DNA of 64,000 nt from Octopus sinensis (taxonomy: Eukaryota). The notes beneath the pieces are model-generated. The model saw only the letters and a program-made list of their open reading frames with translations, made no database searches and was not told the DNA's origin. The stretch lies in assembly GCF_006345805.1 (NCBI RefSeq), contig NC_043010.1, forward strand, positions 9,486,001 through 9,550,000, in the 5' to 3' direction. Shown piece after piece: positions 1 to 13,597 of this stretch (positions are counted from its first letter, which is position 1; every line of letters starts with the position of its first letter). A program made the position numbers and the translations under genes.

Positions 1-713
1 AAAAATATAATGAAAATAGCAAAAGAAAATAAGACCAAAACCAAACCACAATGTAAAAATCTAAAATATATCATATTCAGTTGTAAATATTCTTCAACAT
101 CATCTGCAATTAAATCTAAAATCTATTGTATGATCATGTAATATCACGATTGTCTGTATACTTCTCATTCCATGCACGAAATATAAAAAAAAGTAGGGAA
201 AGAGGAGAAAAAAAAAGAGCATAAGAAAACCATGCTGCATTGTCTTTGAAGAATCTTGCCTCTTCAATTAGAATCTCACTCCTATAATCATTGAATGTTG
301 CAATTATCCCATTTCATGGAACATCATGTCTCTAATAGCAATATAATGGAAACACGAAAACTGAAGTTAAAATCATGGGTATTTTTATTGTTCTTGGAAA
401 CAAGGCTTCAGCGATTTTCATATTTCTTAAGTAAAGTAAATGTTATATATTGGAGGAACATATATGAAATATTGACTGTATAAAACGTATGTACATATTC
501 TATTAAACACTGGATTATTTAACATATTCCTGAGCCTGTAGATTTTTTTCTTTTTTTAATCTTTTTGCCTTTGGAATGTACTATGACAGAGCTTCGATGA
601 TTCATTTGTTGCATCAATCCTCTTCGATATTATTATTTTAACGCTCCAAGAGAATCTGTAGAGACTAAAGGCCATCTCAGACGTATTTCGTGCCACCCAT
701 GCAATAGTCCAAT

Positions 714-935
714 GTGGCAGAAACGTTAGTATGCCGGGCGAAATGCATAGCAGTATTTCGTCTGCCGTTACGTTCTGAGTCCAAATTCCGCCGAGGTCGA
801 CTTTGCCTTTCATCCTTTCGGGGTCGATAAATTAAGTAGCAGTTATGCACTGGGATCGATATAATCGACTTAATCCGTTTGTCCTTGTTTGTCTTCTCTG
901 TGTTTAGCCCTTTGTGGGTAGTAAAGAAATAGGTA
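714..935 (+). mobile_element. tRNA-derived SINE, family A
   Basis: GGCAGAAACGTTAG head, B-box-like GAGTCCAAATTCC, central CTTTCATCCTTTCGGGGTCGATAAATTAAGT, 3' AAAGAAATAGGTA; more than 10 related copies in the window. Confidence 0.85.
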
Positions 936-1008
936 TAGATACCAAAGCAATGCAACATTAGTACTGTTTATATTGTATATGTATGATTCTATGTATGTAT
1001 GTCATTAT

Positions 1009-1272
1009 TCAGTTTATTTCAAGATTTCCTGTCAATAAGGAAAGAACTGGTTTCAAACCTAGATCCAAGGCTTTGCAGATTTTTACAGTTCCACTGATGG
1101 ATTGGATCTGTAGTCTTAGATTTAGCTTTCTCTTTTCTGGATTTGAGAAGCCTAATTTCTCAAGATTGATATTTAGGCAGTGTAGTGCATATCCCACTGC
1201 CCCAATAATTACAGGTATAAACCTGAACCTCGGATAGAGTAACAGTAGATTTCTCAATAGTTCAGCATAGGT
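1009..1272 (-). mobile_element. 3' end relic of an R4/Dong-like non-LTR retrotransposon (restriction-like endonuclease C-terminus)
   Basis: TYAELLRNLLLLYPRFRFIPVIIGAVGY..LEKLGF..LQIQSISGTVKICK resembles the KY..L..L....IPVVIGALG pattern after the RLE catalytic motif. Confidence 0.65.
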
Positions 1273-1381
1273 ATGTTTTTATGTACATACATATATAAAT
1301 ATGTATATATGTGTGTGTGAATACATGTATTTATGTGTGAATATACATATATATATGTATATATATATATATATATACATT

Positions 1382-1415
<34 letters not shown>

Positions 1416-1973
1416 TATATAAAATATACTCTGTAAAAAATGTAATATATATATATATATATATATTACATTTTAAAGTTCTCTCAAAAGATTTTCTGAA
1501 CAAGTTAAAGCTTGCACTGAAAGCTACCAAGTTTGCATTTGGAAATGTCTTTGTAAACAATAAGATCAAAGATAGAAGTATAGTTAACTTGGATGGAAAA
1601 AATATGAATTTTGTAGATGAGGATAGAAGAGTATTTTTCGTCATGGACAAGTGTATTTTGAAAGAGGAACCTTGAAAGTCTACCAGATAGATGGTAGAGC
1701 ATGGTAGAAAATAAAGGAGAGTATATTTTAGATTTTAAAAGAACTTTGTTTATCTTAATTTTGAAAAATAAAAGAAGTAGGAAAAACGCATTATTCATGG
1801 CATGATCCAATAATAATTATACCTCACTCATGAAAGCTAAGACACAAATGCATAGCAGAAAAGAAGAGGCTGGATGGTCAATGCTGTTGCATACCATGTC
1901 TTTCCAGTTTGCTCTCTCTCTCACGCGTGAACGCATGATATATATGTATATTTATGTATGTGTGTATAGATAT

Positions 1974-2016
<43 letters not shown>

Positions 2017-2326
2017 TCATATTTATATATTATATATTATGAAGTATAAAAATCATTATTATGAATCATTATAGAGATTCAAAATCATACCGGTATCATC
2101 AGAGCTGATCACTGACTTTGAATGAACACTGATTTTCAAACAGTGTTGGGTCTAATAGTACCTGAGTAAAAAGATTACATGCAAGAGAGGTAAGCAGTTC
2201 TGGAAGTGATGCAGTTAAGGTAGATATAAATACTGGAATATGAATAGTGTATGGGGTGTATGGAGATTAGTGGGATTATTGGTAAGGTTAGTAGCTCTGT
2301 CATTTCTTTTGGACTGCATGCATATG

Positions 2327-3049
2327 CCGTAAATCCTCGAGTATAGTCTGCCCTTGAGTATAATATGCAGGGGACTTCTGGTGGGGCTGTACCTCTGAAA
2401 AACCTAAACTTTGTGTATAATATGCACCCTTTCTCTAACTAGAGCCAAGGCGGTATGTATAATGTTCTTGGTTTCTAAAAATGTATACGTAACATCCTTT
2501 ATTATTATTGGCGTAGCATGCCGGGTGAAATGCGTAGCCGTATTTCGTCTGCCGTTACGTTCTGAGTTCAAATTCCACCGAGGTCGACTTTGCCTTTCAT
2601 CTTTTCGGGGTCGATTAAATAAGTACCAGTTACGCACTGGGGTCGATATAATCGACTTAATCCGTTTGTCTGTCCTTGTTTGTCCTCTCTGTGTTTAGCC
2701 CTTTGTGGGTAATAAAGAAAAATATATTATTGTATATATAACATAATGCAAATGCGTAGCTTTTTTGTGCATTTTGTTTGCAGAAAATAAAGAAATAACA
2801 GTAATAACATTTAATAAATGTTGCTTATTACAAGTTATAGGATGGTCTCTTTATGACTTCATTGCTTTCAGGCTTAGCTTAAGGTATTTTCACAAAATGC
2901 GTCTGAATAAACATTGCCGGACAGCAAATAGAGACTCGGACATTGCTTAGAATATAATTTTCATTTTTAACCTCATATATAGTATGCACTAGGGATTTTG
3001 ACCTTTAAATTTTGGGAAAAAAATGCGGATTATACTCGAGGATTTACGG
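2327..3049. mobile_element. pogo/Tigger-type MITE with a nested SINE
   Basis: TIRs CCGTAAATCCTCGAGTATA (2327) and TATACTCGAGGATTTACGG (ends 3049); TA on the right, TG on the left. Confidence 0.7.
2510..2720 (+). mobile_element. SINE family A, 5'-truncated, inside the MITE
   Basis: High identity to 714-935. Confidence 0.85.
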
Positions 3050-3157
3050 TATTTTTTTTTTTTTTGAGTGCTTGAGTATGTGCTTGTATGTGTGCATGCA
3101 TGTGTATGCACTTGTGAATATATATCTGTATGTGTGTTTTGTGTGTTTGTGTATGAT

Positions 3158-3538
3158 GGAAGCACTCTGTCGGTTACGACGACGAGGGTTCCGGTTGATC
3201 CGAATCAACGGAACAGCCTGCTCGTGAAATTAACGCGTTAGTGGCTGAGCACTCCACAGACACGTGTACCCTTAACGTAGTTCTCGGGGATATTCAGCGT
3301 GACACAGAGAGTGACAAGGCCGGTCCTTTGAAATACAGCTACAACAGAAACAGGAAGTAAGAGTGAGAGAAAGTTATGTTGAAAGAGTACAGCAGGGATC
3401 ACCACCATCCCCTGCCGGAGCCTCGTGGAGCTTTAGGTGTTTTCGCTCCAAAAACACTCACAACTCCCGGCCTGGGAATCGAAATCGCGATCCTACGACC
3501 GCTAGTCGCTGCCCTAACCACTGTGCCATTGCGCCTCC
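3158..3538 (-). mobile_element. tRNA-derived SINE, family C, full length
   Basis: Reverse complement of 23947-24328; A box TGGCACAGTGG and B box GTTTCGATTCC on the minus strand. Confidence 0.85.
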
Positions 3539-3563
3539 ACGTTTATGTATATATATATGTATA

Positions 3564-3605
<42 letters not shown>

Positions 3606-4729
3606 TGTGTGTGCATGTGCATGCATGTGTGTGTATGTGTAGCAATCCACACATGTCTTTGTGGTTCTGATCAAAAAAGTTAATACCAAATCTGTTTGAT
3701 CACTCGCCTCTTATTAGAGTTTGAAAGAAAGCTTTTCCCATTTTGAAAGGAATCTATCCCTTCATCCTAAATTAATCTTCTTTGAAATACAACCCACCTT
3801 AGTGCATAAACAAAAGTCATACTGTTAGTTGATCAAAAATTTACTAATATATACTGTCAGTTTCTTATTGAACACACATCTGTAAATGTGCAAATCAAGA
3901 GGAAAATATTTTCATGTTGAAATAATAAAGAAAGATTGAAGAAATCACTACCAATATTTTATAATCTAACTAGCTTCAATTTTTAAAGAGGAAATCCCCA
4001 GTAGAATTAAGTCTTTTATATATCTTTGAATTCCTCTTGAAGAATTTTAGAAGTCGACCTCCTTGTGTTATAACAGATAGACTGGCTGACATTGGAACCA
4101 GCTGGAAATATAGGCCATTTATGATCACCATGGTTGTTGACTAAAATGTCCGCAGGCAAAGGAATCTGACACATGACTTTCAAAGCTGAGTCGTCGATAG
4201 ATCAGAGACAAATATTAACATACTCATTCTCCTACAATAAAAAGAAGTATCTATCAAATGCACATGAAACATAGTAAAGGCAAATAATTGTGTGTGTGTG
4301 TGTATGTGTGTGTGCATGCATGTGTGTGCGTGTGTGTGTATTTGTGTGTGTGTGTGCATGTATATATATATGTATGTAAATATATGTATATATGTTCATC
4401 TATCTCCTGTTTGTGTGTATATATATATATATATATGTTATATATATTATATATATATATTATTATGTTGTTGTTATTATTATTATTATTATTATTATTT
4501 TATTATATTATTATCATATGTGTGTGGGTGTGTATTCTTTTATTTTTTTACTTGTTTCAGTCATTTGACTGTGGCCATGCTGGAACATCATCTTAATGCA
4601 TATATATGTATATGTATGTGTGTGTATATATATTATATATATAATATATATATATATAATATGTATGTATATATATTATATATATATATATGTATGTATA
4701 TATATATGTATATATATATGTACATATAT

Positions 4730-4765
<36 letters not shown>

Positions 4766-4937
4766 TTCCACCTGCCTTCGTCTTTTGTCTATTTTCATAA
4801 AGCTTCCGTTATATATGTGTATGTATATATATATAATGTATTGTATATATATATATGTATATATATGTATATATATATGTGTGTGTGTATGTATATATAT
4901 ATATGTATATATATGTATATATATATATATATGTATG

Positions 4938-4984
<47 letters not shown>

Positions 4985-5064
4985 ATATGTATATATATAG
5001 ATATAGATATAGATATAGATATATATGCTTAGATAAATTTATATATTTATATATATATAAAGAT

Positions 5065-5570
5065 CATCTCTTTGCAACTACTCAGCTACTGGGAATGGCT
5101 GAAACAGCTAAGACTCTAATCCCTGGAGAGAAGGCAGGAGAGGTATGCAGTAATATACACCTGGGAGATCCTGGAAGGAATTGTGCCAAATTTTGGCATT
5201 GAAAGCTAGATAAATCCCAGAACGGGTCGACACTGCATAGTGCCAAAAATCCCAGCAATGTCATCGCGCTTCAGGACGAGTTACTGCAATAGCATGGGTT
5301 TCAGGAGCCCACAGCTTTTTGATATTCTCCCAAAGAGCCTGGGGAACCGGCACAAAGTAGATGTTGGTGTTTTTAAATCAAAGCTGGATCTCTTCCTGAT
5401 GAGAGTCCCAGATGAACCTACTTCACGGCAAGAGGTGCAAATGAGGGTAGCTACATCAAACTTCACCCTTCACCAAGTGCCACATATTGGAGGAGGCTCT
5501 CAGTAATAAAAGTGTAGCAAAATGGTGGTGCAACAGCATGGCCGCAGCTCTGAGCTGAAACTACAGAAAA
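5065..5570 (+). mobile_element. CR1-like LINE 3' end relic
   Basis: [69 protein letters not shown]; the 3' UTR shares the CAGCATGGCCGCAG tail with SINE family B. Confidence 0.8.
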
Positions 5571-5589
5571 AACTATATACATATATATG

Positions 5590-5628
<39 letters not shown>

Positions 5629-6141
5629 GTACATATATATATATATTTAACCTCTCTGTCTATATATCTTTGTAATGTTGGCAAATGAAATAAGTATAAG
5701 AATGTGCATTGTCCGTTTAATTAAAAAAATCTATATGTGGCTGATGATTGCTCGACATTTTAAAACTGATGTAATACTTACAGCGTTTAATAAAATGAAG
5801 TAGCATGAAACAATTGCACTACACTACCTTGGATATTCTGTTGCTTATTTTGATTATAATCACCCCCATTTAATTTATATGGATAATACCCATACAAAAT
5901 TCTGGTGCCTTTAACTTAAGTATCATATTCATCTGAATCTAAATTTTGCTCTACATATATTTATATATATATATGTAGTATATAATATATGTATATATAT
6001 TATATATGTATATATATATATATGATATATATATATATGTATATATATATATATGATATTATATATATGTATATATAGATATATTTATATATATATATAA
6101 GTATATATATATATATTATATATATATGTATATATATATAT

Positions 6142-6390
6142 AATTTGTGGTAATTTGTGCCTTTCGAAACACGTGTAGAATGAAATAAAACGATTTCTGT
6201 TCAATCTGCGTTCAGCTCCATTTCTTCAATTCACCAATAATGTTTTAATTTCAATTATCCGCACCAACGCACGGTTGCAACGCCAGATGGTTGTACCTCC
6301 AACCGTGCTGTGTTACTGCTGTGATTTTTGCTACTAAGGTATCGGTTAAACTTTTGATTAATCTACTACAAGATTATTCATCTTTCTATT
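6142..6390 (+). mobile_element. Putative Penelope-like terminal repeat fragment with the 3' half of a minimal hammerhead
   Basis: GAAA-C-ACGT-GTA-GAATGAAAT at 6166; 5' half lost next to a (TA)n tract. Confidence 0.4.
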
Positions 6391-6397
6391 TCACATA

Positions 6398-6460
<63 letters not shown>

Positions 6461-7019
6461 CGCACACACATGCATAAATATAAATAGATAGATAAATAGA
6501 TATAGATATCGATGCATATGTATACTTGCTTATGTGTGTGTATATATATACCCCTATATATATATATCATATATTTCATACTATATAATATATATGTTAT
6601 ATAGTATATAATATATGTATTATATGTAATATATATTTGATATACACACATACACTTATGTGTGCTTGTATGTGTGTTTAAACAGATGGATGGATGCATG
6701 CATATGCACGCTTCACTCATGTATATTGATATACACATGTGTGTGTGTGCTCACGTGCATGTCCATGCACACACACACATATGCATGCACATGCACACAT
6801 ACACACATACACACACATACAGAGGCACACACACACACACACTAGAATACTCATGAACTCACTCAGGAATATATACATTCATACATTGATTTTTGTATGA
6901 AGAACATGACGAGCTTTATAAAATTCCTTGAATTTAATAATTAAAGTTATTTGTTCTATGATACATCAAAGAAACTCACAAGTCTCCAAATTGATAGGGA
7001 GTTGTGCAAGTGCCTAAGC

Positions 7020-7035
7020 ATGCTTGCACATACAC

Positions 7036-7070
<35 letters not shown>

Positions 7071-7396
7071 CACACAAAACACACATACACACAAACACAC
7101 ATACACACACAAACACATACACACACACACAAACACACACACACACAAACACACATACACACACATACACACACACACACACACATACACATACACACAT
7201 ACACACACACAAACACACATACACACACATACACACAAACACACACACACACACATACACACATACACACACACAAACACACATACACACACACACAAAC
7301 ACACATACACACACGCACAAACACACATACACACACACACACACACAAACGCACATACACACACACAAACACACACACACACACACAAACACACAT

Positions 7397-7431
<35 letters not shown>

Positions 7432-7475
7432 AACACACATACACCACACACACACACACACACACATACACACTG
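7020..7475. repeat. Compound (CA)n microsatellite, about 450 bp
   Basis: CACACA interrupted by CATA and CAAA units; source of the HT/CV ORFs. Confidence 0.95.
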
Positions 7476-8033
7476 CACGCAAGCATCATTGTGTCTATCT
7501 CCAAACAGTGTTACACACCAGAGCCCAATATCTACGAGGGTAACATATCAAGCAATTAATATGAAAATATTGGTATTTTTTTTTCTGTGAATTTCATTCT
7601 TTTGGCATAAACTTGCACCCATATGAAGCATGAAGATAATGGTATAGGAACATTTCAAACAGTTAATATCGAAAATATTGGAATTTTTGGTGTAAGTTTT
7701 TGTCTCGTGGTTTAAACTTGCACCCATATAAAGTACGAAATTATTACAACAATTCCAGGCTTATACTCTCATATTACAATGTATCTCACAATATCTTATA
7801 ATATTACACCTCCTGTATACAATACTAACATATATATATTATACTGCATTAAATTTTTTTTTTAAATTAAATATAGAAAACAATTTTGATAGCTAAGGCA
7901 GTTACGCCTCAATATTTCATCAAGTTTTATTCCAAAAACTTATACACAAACCAAAAATAAATATATTGTTAAATAAAAATAAATCTGAAAAAATATATAA
8001 AAGCAACATATATATTTTTAATGTTTCATTTAG

Positions 8034-8081
8034 ATCTAGAAGCAGACAGCAACAAAAGAGCTGATACTTTCTATGAAGATG
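8034..8081 (+). CDS. Candidate 48-nt internal exon (phase 1-1), DLEADSNKRADTFYED, host gene unknown
   Basis: Acceptor tttttaatgtttcatttag|, donor G|gtgagg, purine-rich, open symmetric frame; no homology recognised. Confidence 0.35.
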
Positions 8082-8734
8082 GTGAGGGGAAAGTTTGTTC
8101 ATATAATATTTGCTTAATTATTCACACTTATTATAGATTTTAATCTATAATTGAATGTCTTTTAGGTCTATCTGAGAAGTTTAATCATATTGAACCCCAT
8201 CAGAAAACATACTTACTACTTACCACTACTTTCGCAACCAACCTCAGCCGACGCCAGCACCGACACCACTACCACCAACACAACAACAACAACATACATT
8301 TTTAATTATTACTCTTTTCTGTAAATTAGCTTTGAACGTTTGATGCCTTTTAATTAACAAGTCTCCTCTGTAGAATATTTTATGTTTAAACAATTTCCCT
8401 CTTCCTTCCACCTCTTTCTTTCTCTTCATCTGTTTCTGCGTTCTTATAGATTTTTAAATTTCGCTTTGGCCACTAATTGGTTGGGTGGTGTATAGCCAAT
8501 TTAATTTCCCCTAATACAAAACTGGTATTTATTTGGTTTAATCAAACTCTGAGTCACAAAAGATATAATCAACTAGAGTAGGATATGAACTTGGAACATT
8601 AAAAGCAATAAATAATACTACACTGTATCTAGTTCAACACAATAGCATTTTGGTCACTTCCATACAAATTTTTCTCTCTTTATAAAATGAAGAATATTCT
8701 ATCTAATAAGGAAGCTTTGAGTTATTTTCTTGCC

Positions 8735-8948
8735 TACAAAGTCAGAAAACAACACAGCTCCCATGACTTTGGGAAACATTTTTTCACGCTCAGAGTTGCT
8801 GAAGCATGGAATAAACTGCCTGCGTCAGTTGTTGACTGCCATGACACTGCATCCTTTAAGGCCCTCATGCTTTCCGAAATCCGCCGAAACTACACCTGAT
8901 TATATATATACACTTTAGATGAGTTGTAGTGCACCTGAGCACTGTACA

Positions 8949-8982
<34 letters not shown>

Positions 8983-8985
8983 GCT
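8735..8985 (+). mobile_element. CR1/L2-type LINE extreme 3' end with (TTA)n tail
   Basis: KHFFTLRVAEAWNKLPASVV...SFK motif followed by a short UTR and (TTA)n. Confidence 0.8.
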
Positions 8986-9289
8986 AGAAATATATTACTT
9001 CAAGCTGTTGGTATTGTGTAGTTAAGAAGTTCACTTGCCTAGCATTTAGCCTTGGGTTTAGTCTCACTACACCACACCTTGAAAAGTGTCTTATACTAGA
9101 CACCAATGTTATTGTGAGTAAACTTAATAGATAAATGTTGTGGAAGTCTGTCACATATTTATATATATATATAAGCATACACACACATATATATATACAC
9201 ATACATACATGTTTATACACATCATTTAAACATCTATGTATCTATATCTATATAAATAGATAGATAAAAAAAATATGGATATATATAAT

Positions 9290-9722
9290 AGGTGCAGGAG
9301 TGGTGTGTGGTAAGTAGCTTGCTTACCAGCCACATGGCTGCGGGTTCATTCCCACTGCGTGGCACCTTCGGCAAGTGTATTCTACTATAGTCTCGATCTG
9401 ACCAAAGCCTTGTGAGTGGATTTGGTAGATAGAAACTGAAAGAAGCCCGTCGTATATATGTATATATATATATATAATATATATATTATATATATATTGT
9501 ATGTATGTGTGTGTATATGTTTGTGTGTCTGTGTTTGTCCCTGCCCAACATCGCTTGACAACCGATGGTGGTGTGTTTACGTCCCTGTAACTTAGCGGTT
9601 CAGCAAAAGAGGCCGATAGAATAAGTACTAAGCTTACAAAGAATAAGTCCTGGGGTTGATTTGCTCAACTAAAGGCGATGCTCCAGCATGGCTGCAGTCA
9701 AGTGACTTAAACAAGTAGAAGA
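9290..9722 (+). mobile_element. tRNA-derived SINE, family B, full length
   Basis: GGTGCAGGAGTGG head, GGGTTCATTCCC B box, internal TA/TG tract, tail CAGCATGGCTGCAGTCAAGTGACT. Confidence 0.85.
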
Positions 9723-9729
9723 GAGATGT

Positions 9730-9930
9730 GTTTGTATGTATATGTATGCCAGAAGGTCTGTAAATCTAACAGTGGCTTCAAAAGACACTTAACTGCAGCT
9801 CTTGATGGTCCAAATCGGATATGCAATCTATTGTGGGTATCTCAAAACATTGTCTGTTTTAAAAAACCACATCAGATGCCATGATAGTTCTAAGGTGTTG
9901 GTACAAGAGGTGGTCAAACTCTACATAAGG
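9730..9930 (+). mobile_element. Degenerate C2H2 zinc-finger coding relic, probably a LINE ORF2 3' end
   Basis: VCQKVCKSNSGFKRHL then frameshifted IC..CG..KTLSVLKNHIRCH. Confidence 0.45.
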
Positions 9931-9978
9931 AGTAGACAACCACTATAAATATATAATATATTTATATATATATATATG

Positions 9979-10010
<32 letters not shown>

Positions 10011-10281
10011 CATCACACAAGGAACGGCCATAATAGGCCATTCACCCACTAGAAATACAGCCAAAAGCTGATGAATTAAGGGCTATGGTAGATTGGCTTG
10101 ATTAATTAATCAGGTTAGTTTACCATTAAACAGTAGATGAACGTGCATCGTATAAGAAATTACAGGGTAAATGTTTTTTAATTTTCTCCTGGTTTACGGA
10201 ATTGATGTTATTTGCGTTGAAGCTTTTGGCTGTTATTTCTAGTGGGTGAATGGCCTATTATGGCCGTTCTTGATTGTGATG
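10011..10281. mobile_element. Foldback/MITE-like element with about 60-bp terminal inverted repeats
   Basis: 10011-10069 is the near reverse complement of 10221-10281. Confidence 0.65.
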
Positions 10282-10442
10282 TTGAACTTAAAAATGGTCT
10301 ATGACTATTTAATTTTTTCCCACTAGGCCGCTGGTGCAAAAAAATTCTACAAAATTTTTTGCCACCCTATATTGATTAATTATATATATATATATATATC
10401 ACATACACACACACACATATATATATACATACATACACACAT

Positions 10443-10475
<33 letters not shown>

Positions 10476-10566
10476 CATAATATATATATACATCTATAAT
10501 CTCATGCAAATATACACATGTATTCACACATGTATATATAAATATGTGTGTGTGCATGTATATCTA

Positions 10567-10636
<70 letters not shown>

Positions 10637-10998
10637 GCTATACACACACGCACTCACACATATGCCCTACTAGAATTATAATTATACATTTACGATGGAC
10701 TTCCCATAACACATGTACAATGATAGACAGTAACTGACCCGGGTTAGCTGAAGCATACTTACACCCCAGCAAATTTCTTATTTCTTTATTGCCCACAAGG
10801 GCATTTTTTTTTTGCCAAATATAAACAATTTTAAATTCAACACATACTTCCAGATCAACATTTTAGTAAAACAAATTTTAAAACACTTTTGCTAATTTTA
10901 AACACTTCTATACATGTTCTACATTATCAACGTAATCAACCCCTGCACATTACTATCTCAAGTCCTTGGACTGATAGGGCCAGTTACTCTGTTCTCAT

Positions 10999-11220
10999 GC
11001 GGCGAGCTGGCTGAAACGTTAGCTGCTTAGGGGTATTACGTCCGCCGCTGTGTTCTGAGTTCAAATTCCGCCGAGGTCGACTTTGCCTTTCATCCTTTCG
11101 GGGTCGATAAATTAAGTACCAGTTACGCACTGGGGTCGATGTAATCGACTTAATCCCCTTTGTCCATCCTTGTTTGTCCTCTCTGTGTTTAGCCCCTTGT
11201 GGGTAGTAAAGAAATAGGTA
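10999..11220 (+). mobile_element. SINE family A, full length
   Basis: GGCGAGCTGGCTGAAACGTTAGC head to AAAGAAATAGGTA. Confidence 0.85.
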
Positions 11221-11224
11221 TATA

Positions 11225-11410
11225 AGTGAGTGGAACCCCTGGACATGATACCAGTCATTCACAGGGCTACTCATTTACAGCTGAGTGAACTGGAACAATG
11301 GAAAATGAAGTGTTTTGCTCAAGGATACAATGCATCATCGGACAGGAAATTGAAACCACGATCTTGTGATTATGAGAGCAGCACTCTAACCACTAGGCCA
11401 TGCACTTTTC
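11225..11410 (-). mobile_element. tRNA-derived SINE, family E, 5' part
   Basis: Minus-strand TGGCCTAGTGGTTAGAGTG A box; related to 58120-58453. Confidence 0.65.
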
Positions 11411-11609
11411 TCCAAGATCATGCCTGATTCTTGACCCTAGGAAGGAAATCCTTGATGTCTTTTTCAAACCATGAATAATAATGGCAAATTACACACCTTA
11501 TAAATCATGTTCAGAGTTTGATACTTAAACTTATGGATGGTCATAACATTGTTTCATTAAGTTAAAAATTTCAGTTATGTCTTCAATGTGATTCCATAGT
11601 TAAATCTGT

Positions 11610-11708
11610 ATTATTATGGTGGTGGTGGTTGTGGTGACGATGATGATGATTATAAATATGATGGTAATGATGATAATGATGATGATGATAATGACGATGA
11701 TGATGGTA

Positions 11709-11746
<38 letters not shown>

Positions 11747-11752
11747 AATGAC

Positions 11753-11798
<46 letters not shown>

Positions 11799-11824
11799 GG
11801 TGGTGATGGTGATGATGGCGGTGG

Positions 11825-11856
<32 letters not shown>

Positions 11857-11870
11857 GTAATGATGATCAT
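11610..11870. repeat. (GAT)n microsatellite
   Basis: Long ATG/GAT run giving poly-M/H/D/S ORFs. Confidence 0.95.
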
Positions 11871-12457
11871 GGCACCTGCTTTCTACCACAGAATTTTTGA
11901 AATGGAATTTTAATTTTTCACATTCAAAGTATTTTCCATTTTGCAATAACTACACTAGCAACATCAGCAGACACTGCAAGCCACAGCAACAGCAACAGCA
12001 GCAGCAGCAGCAGAATAAAGATCTCTTTTGTGACATCAGCAGCAACTATCAGTATAACCATTGTAGCTTTGAGTTTATAAAATTATTTTGATATCATTGA
12101 ATTTTATTTTTTTTTTTTTTCATTGAATATTATAAAGTTAGCTTAAAGAGAAAGAAGAAAGTGATATCTTTAAAATATATAATTTTTCTCGGCTGGGGAC
12201 AATAATTTATTTAGAAAATATAGTGAGTTGGGGGAAAACGATTTATCAAACTTTTATTCATTTTCTTCACATTATTGCAGTGATAACTTATTAAAAAAAA
12301 AATCTTAATAAAAAGTCCAAAATAGGTAAAAGTATTATTTAAAATTTTTAGTCACTTTGCTTTTTCAATATGCTTTAAATTTTCTGTTATACACATGAAA
12401 AATACTTTTTTTAAAAATTCCATTTGTTTTGCATACATTAAGATTTTTTCGGCTTAG

Positions 12458-12502
12458 ATATAATGTTTTATTATATCGAAGAAAACAAGGAAAAGAATTC
12501 AG
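12458..12502 (+). CDS. Candidate 45-nt internal exon (DIMFYYIEENKEKNS in phase 1 or YNVLLYRRKQGKEF in phase 2)
   Basis: Acceptor attttttcggcttag|, donor CAG|gtaaaa, length a multiple of 3; no homology recognised. Confidence 0.3.
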
Positions 12503-12803
12503 GTAAAATAAAAAGACATAAATCATTGAGAATTTTATGAATATGTTTCTGGACTTATAAGATGAAATGATAATGAATGCACTACAGTTAGAATGGTGAG
12601 GGTTTTCATTGACATCATTGAATGTTAAGGAAAAGAAAGCAGTCTCTATTAAATTCCCTATATATATGTGTGTGTTTGTGTGTATATATGTGTACATATA
12701 CATATATGTACACACACACACACATGCATATATATATATATATGCACATATAAATATGTGCATATATATACGTGTGTGCGTATTGATGATATATATATAT
12801 ATA

Positions 12804-13032
12804 TACTCTTTTACTCTTTTACTTGTTTCAGTCATTTGAATGCGGCCATGCTGGAGCATCTCCTTTAGTCGAGCAAATCGACCCCGGGACTTATTCTTTG
12901 TAAGCCCAGTACTTATTCTATCGGTCTCTTTTGCCGAACTGCTAAATGACGGGGACGTAAACACACCAGCATCGGTTGTCAAGCAATGCTAGGGGTACAA
13001 ACACAGACACACAAACACATACACACACACAT

Positions 13033-13063
<31 letters not shown>

Positions 13064-13235
13064 CATATATACGACAGGCTTCTTTCAGTTTCCGTCTACC
13101 AAATCCACTCACAAGGCATTAGTCGGCCCGAGGCTATAGCAGAAGACATTTGCCCAAGATGCCACGCAGTGGGACTGAACCCGGAACCATGTGGTTGGTT
13201 AGCAAGCTACTTACCACACAGCCACTCCTGCGCCT
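12804..13235 (-). mobile_element. SINE family B, full length (duplicated at 14174-14599)
   Basis: Reverse complement of the family B sequence with TACTCTTT tail. Confidence 0.9.
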
Positions 13236-13597
13236 ATATATATATATGCTGATATATATATATTCGTTTATCCTTTTACTTGTTTCAGTCATTTGACTGT
13301 GGCCATGCTGGAGCACCACCTGAAAGGGTGTTAGTCGAAGAAATTGACCTCAGAACTTCTTCTTAGTAAGCCTAGTCTCTTTTGCCAAACTGCTAAATTA
13401 TGGGTACATAAACACACCAGCATCGGTGCTCAAGCAATGGCAAGGAGACAAACGCCCATACACACACACATAAATATATGCATGCATATATATTTATATC
13501 TATGTATATTACATATATACACACACATATATATATCTGACGGCCTCTTCTAGTTTCTGTCTATCAAAATCCACTCACAAGGATTTGGTTGGGTCAG

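Noticed and set aside
1455-1675. Open frame KVLSKDFLNKLKL..CILKEEP; another frame gives YQVCIWK..LGWK
   Set aside because: No splice support or recognisable domain; the second frame has several stops and cannot be assigned.
2075-2105. CTGATGA on the minus strand followed by TACCGGTA
   Set aside because: No helix II-GAAA junction or helix I partner, so not a hammerhead.
6951-7590. His-Thr and Cys-Val rich ORFs up to 202 aa
   Set aside because: Translations of the (CA)n tract.
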